Source: a virus (lineage: Duplodnaviria > Caudoviricetes). From it: a stretch of DNA of 64,000 nucleotides. Of this stretch, positions 56,895-64,000 are shown one piece after another; within the stretch, counting starts at the first letter, position 1, and each line of letters starts with the position of its first letter. The stretch lies in the IMG/VR virus record IMGVR_UViG_3300033061_001070, positions 3,622 to 67,621 of that record; one strand, given 5' to 3'. The notes beneath the pieces were generated by a model. That model made no database searches and had not been told where the DNA came from. It saw nothing but the letters and a program-made list of their open reading frames with translations. The translations under genes were made by a program, and so were the position numbers.

Positions 56895-58733
56895 TTATTG
56901 TGTAGTTCTTTCAACAATCTCGCGCACACTAAACAACTTAGGCGTGGCAGATTTCTTTACCTTGTCAAGATAGTCCTGCATCTGTATAGTTGGCGGAATA
57001 CTGCGCCTTACAGGAACAGGAGGAGCAGTAGCCACAGGAGGTTTATAGTTGCTCATTTGTGCATTGAGCAAATCTAATCGTTGAGCAATTGGCTTCATTA
57101 CCTCAGTTAAAGCCTCAACCAAACCGGTCTCTTTCTTCTGTTCCTCAGAAATAGGCAGCGCCTGGACAATCTCAGCGATAGTATTGCCAACCTTGGCATA
57201 ACTACCCTGAATAAGTTGAAGTTTCTCATCGGCAGAACCCTCAGACCTCAAGACCTCATCAAAGTTTGCTCGTAGTTCTGCAAACACTATGTCAAGTGGA
57301 TGAGGTTCAACTTCCGACTTCTGCATCTCTGCAAGGGCTTCCTGAATTAATACTTTCCATTCTGCATCCGACTTCGGAGTTGGGATACCCTCACTAGAAT
57401 ACATCTTTGTAAGTTTGGAGAGTGCAGCACCACTATTCGGCCCCTCGTACTTATTTCCACGATAACCTCCATGCAAAGCCGCCCAAGCCCCACCCATCAA
57501 ACCATGATCGGGATTACCTTGGCAGTCTTTCACCCGCAGATGCCATGTAGAAGGTTGTGCAGCATCCTCTACCACAAGATAATGTGAAGAAGGATGAGAA
57601 CAATCGCCCTCTTTCTTTGTAGTGGCTTCCTCGACTATAACTTTAGCCTTTTCTTCCTCTATCTCGGACTTCTGAGGTGGGATACCTAGTTTCTTCGCTA
57701 CACAATCAGGATCAACCTCTCCAGTTTTCGCATCTGTGCAGGCAAGTTCGGCTTCCGCCTCAGTCATTTTCGTGGTCGTTTTTTCTTCCTCATCTGCTTT
57801 GATAACCAACATTGCCTCACTCTTGCCGACAAGTTTGGCTTCTTTCTCTAGTTCCTCCGCCAGTTCATCACCAACGATACTAGCAGCATCTTGTTTCCGT
57901 GTAGTCATTGATTTATCTACCTCCATACTTGTGCGCTTGTTCGCGGGTACGCGAGTAAGTGCTAAGTGTATTAGATGACCTTTCATAAATTCTTTACCTT
58001 GTACTTCTTCGCCTTGAGCCGCAGTAATCCAATCTGCTAAACAATCAAGGCAAAATGGAGTCTCCTCCGACCTCATAAACACATTACTATTACTCTTGTG
58101 CTTATGCCCATAATCTAAGAATGCAATAGAAATCCGCACTTTATCCGTAGCAGTTTTCCGCTCATCCTTGTATAAATCTTCACATACCGCCCTAAATGCG
58201 GCTTCGCCTACTGGACTTTCTGCAAATCTTCCCTTTGCCTTCAGGAATGAACCATCAATATAGACAGCATCCGATGTACCTGCAATACCTTTACCTTCTA
58301 GGTCAGGATAATGAGATACAGATAGGTATGGATTTCCACCACCCCATGCTATACTTCTAAAATCTTCGGGAGGCGGTTCATCTGCTTCAATCCTAGAGAT
58401 GAAATCTTGGAATAGTTCATGGGTCATATTATCACCCATGCTATCCTCATAGACATCAGATGCAGAAGCAAGCCATCGTTTCTCACCGGATGGTTTATCA
58501 TAACTGGCTTTAGTAATAGTCAGGGAGAACTCAGTTAGTTGGGCTTTCTTGCTCCAGTTACCATTGGCGTCTTCGTGCCAGCCAGCCCCCTTAATAGCAG
58601 ACCAAGCAGTAGCAGCGGCACAGGCCTCAATTGCTTTTTGATCGCCTTTCTTTTTACATGAACCATTCTTTGCTTCTGTATGTATTCTCTCCCAAAGTGC
58701 TTTCCCTTCGGCAGGCAATTTTCCTGTAGGCAT
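56895..58733 (-). CDS. ChaB-domain prohead protease/scaffold fusion
   Basis: N-terminal ChaB-like LPAEGKALW..AAATAWSAIK..W..NGNW; protease-like HLALTRVPAN; acidic helical scaffold. Confidence 0.7.
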   Translation of the reverse strand: MPTGKLPAEGKALWERIHTEAKNGSCKKKGDQKAIEACAAATAWSAIKGAGWHEDANGNWSKKAQLTEFSLTITKASYDKPSGEKRWLASASDVYEDSMGDNMTHELFQDFISRIEADEPPPEDFRSIAWGGGNPYLSVSHYPDLEGKGIAGTSDAVYIDGSFLKAKGRFAESPVGEAAFRAVCEDLYKDERKTATDKVRISIAFLDYGHKHKSNSNVFMRSEETPFCLDCLADWITAAQGEEVQGKEFMKGHLIHLALTRVPANKRTSMEVDKSMTTRKQDAASIVGDELAEELEKEAKLVGKSEAMLVIKADEEEKTTTKMTEAEAELACTDAKTGEVDPDCVAKKLGIPPQKSEIEEEKAKVIVEEATTKKEGDCSHPSSHYLVVEDAAQPSTWHLRVKDCQGNPDHGLMGGAWAALHGGYRGNKYEGPNSGAALSKLTKMYSSEGIPTPKSDAEWKVLIQEALAEMQKSEVEPHPLDIVFAELRANFDEVLRSEGSADEKLQLIQGSYAKVGNTIAEIVQALPISEEQKKETGLVEALTEVMKPIAQRLDLLNAQMSNYKPPVATAPPVPVRRSIPPTIQMQDYLDKVKKSATPKLFSVREIVERTTQ

Positions 58734-58847
58734 TTCTTTACTCCATTAGGATAGTACCAAATTTGTCCTTCCAACCAATCGAGAATATATGCACAACGAA
58801 AGATGCAAATATCCCCGTGAAAAATTCAAATATTATTGATATATATC

Positions 58848-59414
58848 CTAATTGTTATCTTTAGTATGTAAGTTAGTAACTAAGTCAAAAGCCCAAGACC
58901 TAAATTCATCATAAGATAAATTTCTCTTTGCATAATTACATATAGAACAACAAGGAACAATATTATCTTCAATATATCCAAGACTATTATTTATTCTATC
59001 TATTCCATTGTAAATAATTCCACCATTTCCATTTTGAAGTTTAAAATATCTAGATGGAGGATGATTACAATAGAAACAATTTAATTTTATCATTCCAATA
59101 AACTTTTCTTTAGATATACCAAATTCAAGTCCTCTTCTATATGCATTTCTTTTATATACATAATAAAGTTTATTTATTGATGCCGTCCCAATCGGCAATC
59201 TTACTATATCTCTATTATAACATCCACAACTTGTTGTATTTTGATTTAATAACTGACTTCCAATCACAATAACTTTACTTCCACAAACACATTTACATTC
59301 CCATAATGCTTTGCGATTTTGATTAATTCCAACATAAGAAATTATCTCTAATCGTCCAAAGATCATGCCCGACAAATCATTAACTTTAGGAGGAGGAGTC
59401 TTCATGATTTCCAA
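58848..59414 (-). CDS. HNH/His-Cys-type homing endonuclease-like protein
   Basis: DLSGMIFGRL..WECKCVCG..SCGC; CFYC..NGIDRINNSLGY..NIVPCCSICNYAK. Confidence 0.8.
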   Translation of the reverse strand: MEIMKTPPPKVNDLSGMIFGRLEIISYVGINQNRKALWECKCVCGSKVIVIGSQLLNQNTTSCGCYNRDIVRLPIGTASINKLYYVYKRNAYRRGLEFGISKEKFIGMIKLNCFYCNHPPSRYFKLQNGNGGIIYNGIDRINNSLGYIEDNIVPCCSICNYAKRNLSYDEFRSWAFDLVTNLHTKDNN

Positions 59415-59730
59415 TTACTATTACTCCAAACTTTGCATTTAATCCAATCATAAATATATGCAATACAAAAGAAGAAGCCATACCAGTCAAGACCTCACTA
59501 ACAAATGGGACATACGAAAATCCTAAACTTGTTAATATATCTACATGCAGAAAATAAGCAAGTCCACTCAATAGATAAATTCCAAGACACAAATCGCAAG
59601 ACCACAACTTACCCAAAAACCTATCTGGTTTCATTAACTTATCAAAAAAGATAAGTTCCTGAAATGGAAAGGCTTGAGCAATATAGATGATGAGTTTCCC
59701 TAACGCTAAATAAGCAAGAAACTTAAGCAT
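59386..59730 (-). CDS. DUF1360-like membrane protein
   Basis: KLWSCDLCLGIY within a hydrophobic protein. Confidence 0.6.
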   Translation of the reverse strand: MLKFLAYLALGKLIIYIAQAFPFQELIFFDKLMKPDRFLGKLWSCDLCLGIYLLSGLAYFLHVDILTSLGFSYVPFVSEVLTGMASSFVLHIFMIGLNAKFGVIVIGNHEDSSS

Positions 59731-59983
59731 CGCGTAATTTTAGAAGGTACAGGAAACCCTGACTTTCATGTTCGGGGTTTCGACCCATATGGGTCACACT
59801 AACTACTTCATATCCAGCGTATTCGGTATTCAATATCTGAACTGCATCCTTCAATGCTAGAATACCCATTTCGAGGTTAGCCATATTATTTCCAGCCACC
59901 CAAGTCATAAACATACGATAGTATGGCTTCTGATTAGTCATACCATCTGTCATACCAATAGTAGTCTTATTTCCAATTGCCAT
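59723..59983 (-). CDS. Hypothetical protein
   Basis: 86 aa, AAGGA SD. Confidence 0.55.
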   Translation of the reverse strand: MAIGNKTTIGMTDGMTNQKPYYRMFMTWVAGNNMANLEMGILALKDAVQILNTEYAGYEVVSVTHMGRNPEHESQGFLYLLKLRDA

Positions 59984-59984
59984 T

Positions 59985-61991
59985 TTATTTTTCCTTTACT
60001 AAATCATAGATAGTGTCATTTACAAATTGTGCAAACTCAACAATGATGCGATTATGCAGAGCCAAAAGTTCTGCTCGCACACACTCCAAGACATTATTAT
60101 CATTCATTATTGCATCTACGTCAAGTTCCTCATTTAGTATTGATAGAGATAGATAACGGCGTACACCGGCAATAATGGCTCTCTTTACTTTGTCGGAGAT
60201 GGTTTCTGATATTTCCTGCCAAGATTTAGCAATTCTAATCTTGAATTTGCGTTCCGCAGATATATCATTGGGAATAGTATCAGGTAGTGATACTATATCT
60301 CCCTTTTCATATTTCAACTTGTTACGTTCCTGTAGAATACTTGTCCGACTTTCCCTAAAGGTTGTGTGCAATTCCTTAGCAATTTCCGAAGGTTCTGCAC
60401 ACATCCACCAAGGAGATAACACAGTGTCTAATGAAGATAAGGCAGAGGAGATAGATACGTTTGTCAATTCAGGAATTTCCTCTTTCAGATTTCCCCATAG
60501 AACCTCATCATGCCAATCATTCCATGTCTGCATCCCATCATCTTCAAGGATATTCTTGACATTGCTCACTTCAACATAGATAGGAGTAATTGTCGGATAG
60601 ATTGCTCTAAGTAAGATTGTATCATCCACATCTATGATACTAGCCAAACTATTGCGGATTTCGCCTGTACCGCCTGCGGAGGGAGCAACAGGTCGTCCCA
60701 ATATACTAGGACGTTCAGCAGGGTTTTTAGAAGGCGCACCAAATGGGGTTGGAGGTTGTGGAGGGACTATATCACTCTTAGGAAGTTTCTCTGGCACGGA
60801 AATCGTAATTAATCCATCTGCGACAGTCTGCGTCCGCATTTCTTCGGCAGTAAATACTTGGTCTTTGATGAGCATAGATATTGCAGTTGCATTTGCTAAA
60901 CGGGCGCGACTAATTGCTACTGATTGCTCATCGTCAAGATCAATATACAATAATTGTAACCAATCAGGAAGCATACGATTAAAGAATGCCTCAATTTTCT
61001 TTTTTGCTCTAGCAAATCCTGTCCTACGAGTTCTGCGCTCCTGACGAATAGAACCAGACAATGTTTCTCCACCCGATGAAGATGTCGATTCTCCAATATC
61101 GGATAGAGATAATCCATATCCCGCCGCGCAGATAGAGGCATACTTTCCAATTGCTTTATCAAACATTATCTCGCCTGGAGGTCGCGTAAATGGAATAAAT
61201 GAGATAGGTTTCTCATGTTGATATAGGACGGGGATTTTGAATGGATCAATTCCTTTCAATAAAGTTTGCCAAGATTGTATCCATGCTTCAGCAGATGTTT
61301 TCTCCATATCCGCTAAATCCAAAATCCCTACTTGGGGAGTATCCAAAAGGAGGTTCGCATAGTAACGATCTCCCCTAGAAAGTAAAGAAATAGCCAAAAA
61401 GATTTTTTCGGGAGGAGGCATCCCCCATCCCTTACGCCTTATCTCTGTCCTAGGGCTATAATATACTCGATTGATTGCATAGTCAGGGAAGTAGACAGGA
61501 TTGAGAGGATCTTCCTTTAGTCGTTGCTCGACTGGCCAGTCTTTATTTAATGTTGGAGAGCAAGTCCCACCATCCAATAATTCAATCCATTGTAACTTCT
61601 CATTTGGCGCATTTCTACCAAGTTCTGCCACACCACCAAAAGGAATATCTAATAAATCCTTCCCAACCCACTCAATAATATCTACATAGTCATAATCGCC
61701 GGTGTATTGGAAGAATTTGGTGTAGTAATCAATATCGCTCTTATATTCATCCCGCTTTGTGCTATCTCTTGGTTCTATTTTCCAATCCAATGCAAGGATA
61801 TAGGAAATCAAAGTTTCTCGACAGATTACAGCGGTAGGTTGGTTGGCTACAAATGCACGCCATATATCAGCCTCTAACCATTCAGGAGTACGCCATGTTG
61901 GAATATTACGATCAAGATACGCGGGAAGGGTTAAACTGCGTTGACCTTTTTCTCTAGTTGGTTGTGGTAAACTTGTTTTGACTTTCGGCAT
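59985..61991 (-). CDS. Portal protein
   Basis: 668 aa after terminase; DLLDIPFGG, IELLDGGT, GWGMPPPE, YGLSLSDIG. Confidence 0.8.
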   Translation of the reverse strand: MPKVKTSLPQPTREKGQRSLTLPAYLDRNIPTWRTPEWLEADIWRAFVANQPTAVICRETLISYILALDWKIEPRDSTKRDEYKSDIDYYTKFFQYTGDYDYVDIIEWVGKDLLDIPFGGVAELGRNAPNEKLQWIELLDGGTCSPTLNKDWPVEQRLKEDPLNPVYFPDYAINRVYYSPRTEIRRKGWGMPPPEKIFLAISLLSRGDRYYANLLLDTPQVGILDLADMEKTSAEAWIQSWQTLLKGIDPFKIPVLYQHEKPISFIPFTRPPGEIMFDKAIGKYASICAAGYGLSLSDIGESTSSSGGETLSGSIRQERRTRRTGFARAKKKIEAFFNRMLPDWLQLLYIDLDDEQSVAISRARLANATAISMLIKDQVFTAEEMRTQTVADGLITISVPEKLPKSDIVPPQPPTPFGAPSKNPAERPSILGRPVAPSAGGTGEIRNSLASIIDVDDTILLRAIYPTITPIYVEVSNVKNILEDDGMQTWNDWHDEVLWGNLKEEIPELTNVSISSALSSLDTVLSPWWMCAEPSEIAKELHTTFRESRTSILQERNKLKYEKGDIVSLPDTIPNDISAERKFKIRIAKSWQEISETISDKVKRAIIAGVRRYLSLSILNEELDVDAIMNDNNVLECVRAELLALHNRIIVEFAQFVNDTIYDLVKEK

Positions 61992-62048
61992 TAATTTTGC
62001 ACCATAGTTGAATTATACCAAATAATTTGCAATTATAAGGGCAAGGAA

Positions 62049-62172
62049 TGGCGGGGTAAGATGTCTCCGATATTAGGATGAAGCGCGTAATAGGAGCGAC
62101 CTACTATATGCGTCGGAACGACGGCAGACCGTCTTACGAGGCGTCCCTACTCTGTGGATTACACACCCGCCA
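62049..62172. ncRNA. Candidate structured RNA between terminase and portal
   Basis: GC-rich; closing stem TGGCGGG/CCCGCCA, GTAAGAT-GTCT/AGAC-GTCTTAC stem, several hairpins; - strand TGATATAAT promoter at 62210-62218. Confidence 0.5.
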
Positions 62173-62225
62173 GTCTATGGAAACCGACTCTGTCTTATAA
62201 ACAATCCATATTATATCATCTCTAT

Positions 62226-63710
62226 CTACAAACTCAAAAAATCTATTTTTGCCCATTTTTTAATCGGGGCGATAGAATATCTAGCCCCACTTACACTATC
62301 TATTTTATCATCATGTCGGCATAAATTGAAACAATTTAGTTGGTTGAAAAATGGTTGTACCCATATCCCATTCACGATAAATATCTTGCCCATCTTCGCC
62401 TCAGCAAACCATGTATTTGCCCTCATCACTTTATCCCCTTCAGGACGGTATCCTTCGAGTGAAGAATGTCCAGGTAGTTTATCTCGAAGATAATTGGTTA
62501 GTTCAGCTACTTGGTTCTTGCCTCCAGCAGCAGGTTCTTGCTCTACAACTTGCTTTACAAGTTCACCATCAATCCTTGCAGTATCCAAGATATTCTTCTT
62601 CAAGTCATCCCAAGCCCAAAAGCCACAGACTTGATCTTCGATATAGAAGGTTTCCTTACCATCCCAAGACATTAATGTTCCTACAGTCTCATCGGGGTCA
62701 TTTACTTTCTTACCTGTAATCTTCTTCTCTGTGGCGGCTAAATCCCAATACCTGACACGGTGTCTCATACCTTCTGGCGGAGCAGGAATAAGTTTTCCAT
62801 CAAACCATGAACTATCACCTAATGCACCTTCTTTCTTGACAACTTCACCATAGATTTCCTGTTGTCGTAACCAGCCAGAAGGATATGCTGCAAGCATAGA
62901 AGCCATAAATTCTGGAGCTATATTAGCTTGATTATCAAAGATTGTGCCATGAAATGCCTCAATTAATGGACGATTGCCTGCCAACTTCTCAAATAATTCC
63001 TTGGCGTCCTCCGGTATATCCATATCTATAAAGAAGGAAGTCGTCCAGTGATCCGCGCCATTAGGAGTAAAGGTTGCCCATGCTTGAGGTTCTTCACCTA
63101 TCCGCACAGATGCTACGGCAATTTTCCATGATGCTCCATCTGTATCTCTCTGTGCTTCATCATACCAAAGCCAATTTACATTTGGGCCGCGTGCGCTATC
63201 AGGGTCTTTCACGCCTTTTACAATTACTTTTACGCCATTTATAAATGACATATTAAAAGGTTGGTTAGGTTGCCATTCTATATTTCTACGATATTTTTGG
63301 GATGGAACAACCATATCCCAAGGTATCCATTCTCGAAACTCTGGCCAAGTAGAGATTTTTAAGTTTTCAAAGTCAGGATTGATTACTGTACCATTCTGAC
63401 CACTCATGATCTTATGGAGAGCTTTTTGTGATCCTCCACAACTTTTTCCGCAGGTTCTTGACCCCCAAAAAGAACTAAAAACTGCCCTAGATAACACAAA
63501 TCCCTCTTGGTTTTCTGAGGGAATGTATTGTTTTCCATCTAATTTGACAAAGTAGCCTCGACTATCTACAGGCCACTTTTTGTCCATAAATGCGAGTTGC
63601 GTAGGCAACCTCATCCCGCGCGAGCGCATCTCCTGTACCATAATGAATAATTTCTTACGTTCCCATGCAGACATTCCCTTATAGACAGATGGGGTCTTTA
63701 CTAAAGGCAT
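62226..63710 (-). CDS. terL: Terminase large subunit
   Basis: GSRTCGKS Walker A variant, RGPN..WLWYDEA Walker B, RYWDLA and HDDKID nuclease motifs. Confidence 0.92.
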   Translation of the reverse strand: MPLVKTPSVYKGMSAWERKKLFIMVQEMRSRGMRLPTQLAFMDKKWPVDSRGYFVKLDGKQYIPSENQEGFVLSRAVFSSFWGSRTCGKSCGGSQKALHKIMSGQNGTVINPDFENLKISTWPEFREWIPWDMVVPSQKYRRNIEWQPNQPFNMSFINGVKVIVKGVKDPDSARGPNVNWLWYDEAQRDTDGASWKIAVASVRIGEEPQAWATFTPNGADHWTTSFFIDMDIPEDAKELFEKLAGNRPLIEAFHGTIFDNQANIAPEFMASMLAAYPSGWLRQQEIYGEVVKKEGALGDSSWFDGKLIPAPPEGMRHRVRYWDLAATEKKITGKKVNDPDETVGTLMSWDGKETFYIEDQVCGFWAWDDLKKNILDTARIDGELVKQVVEQEPAAGGKNQVAELTNYLRDKLPGHSSLEGYRPEGDKVMRANTWFAEAKMGKIFIVNGIWVQPFFNQLNCFNLCRHDDKIDSVSGARYSIAPIKKWAKIDFLSL

Positions 63711-63904
63711 TATGGAGTATCCTCTATATCGAGGCTAAGGCATCTAGGGCAAATTCCTGCACAATCACTAAATACATACTTTTCACATTCCTCACATTTA
63801 GTAACCATCCAGCATTGATGCTTTCGGCATACCAATTCGGATTTCTCCACCAATTCATATTCACCGAGACAGATAGGACATTTTGTTCTACTCATTAGCT
63901 TCAA
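63710..63904 (-). CDS. Small zinc-finger protein
   Basis: 64 aa, four CxxC-like pairs. Confidence 0.55.
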   Translation of the reverse strand: MKLMSRTKCPICLGEYELVEKSELVCRKHQCWMVTKCEECEKYVFSDCAGICPRCLSLDIEDTP

Positions 63905-64000
63905 ATTTTACAGTATTATCCACTCCAGACAATAATTGTAAAACCTCCTCTTGTAATTGTTCATCACTCATATTCAACATCTTCTCAAGGGCAGAAGATA

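Larger units (their letters stand above)
46..62765. repeat. Dispersed 13-bp palindromic motif, consensus TGACAC-N-GTGT(C/T)A (15 sites)
   Basis: Sites read directly at 46, 442, 2204, 3710, 6695, 12721, 18904, 24342, 31839, 34140, 44236, 48653, 53257, 60417 and 62753, all with core ACACNGTGT; near matches around 1388, 11403, 15890 and 50054. Confidence 0.9.

Noticed and set aside
62049-62172. tRNA, SRP RNA, 6S RNA or hammerhead ribozyme
   Set aside because: No TTCRA T-loop, no SRP GNRA/GGAAG domain IV, no symmetric 6S bubble and no CUGAUGA/GAAA core; kept only as an unassigned structured RNA
46-62765. Palindrome as known LexA, parS, matS or NrdR box, or as a chance by-product of TTGACA promoters or DTV peptides
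   Set aside because: It does not match those consensus sequences as I know them; most sites are intragenic, three frames are used, and other DTV peptides (e.g. in ORFs 4618 and 22183) do not use motif codons
1-64000. Alternative genetic code (TAG/TGA reassignment)
   Set aside because: Long genes are intact under code 11, and TAG/TGA end proteins at natural C-termini; only one isolated in-frame TAG (6045) was seen
1-64000. CRISPR array or diversity-generating retroelement
   Set aside because: No regularly spaced 25-40 bp repeats, no reverse transcriptase, and no template/variable repeat pair differing only at adenines; fibre repeats differ at all codon positions

Overview
The window is most of a tailed dsDNA phage genome with siphovirus-like architecture. 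The host is unknown; the sugar-ABC, GH25 and holin gene content loosely suggests a monoderm host such as Chloroflexota or Firmicutes (inference only). There are two convergent arms. The + arm (1-24541) carries small early genes, then a replication/recombination block (SSB-like, primase, DNA MTase, DnaB, family A polymerase, UDG, RecA, RuvC), then an accessory sugar block (two SAM methyltransferases, GT2, a minimal GluRS-like protein, ABC permease plus binding protein, and a glycoside hydrolase). The - arm (64000 to 24523) carries terminase, portal, ChaB-protease/scaffold and major capsid genes, a ~10 kb glycosylation cluster inserted between capsid and neck genes, then tail, tail spike/fibres and a GH25 endolysin. 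Four free-standing HNH-type endonucleases are present. No integrase, CRISPR array, reverse transcriptase or canonical tRNA was seen. The most notable non-gene signals are: (1) a 13-bp palindrome TGACAC-N-GTGT(C/T)A whose core occurs 15 times along the window, in promoters and inside genes in all three frames; (2) a ~174-nt RNA closed by a tRNA-like acceptor stem and T-arm that encloses a 33-codon ORF (mini-tmRNA-like); (3) a probable virion-glycosylation system with an [ST]G[ST] motif enriched in virion proteins; (4) same-strand TGCAAYC heptamer clusters upstream of early promoters; (5) a structured RNA between terminase and portal. All protein calls come from motif recognition by eye; no database searches were run.
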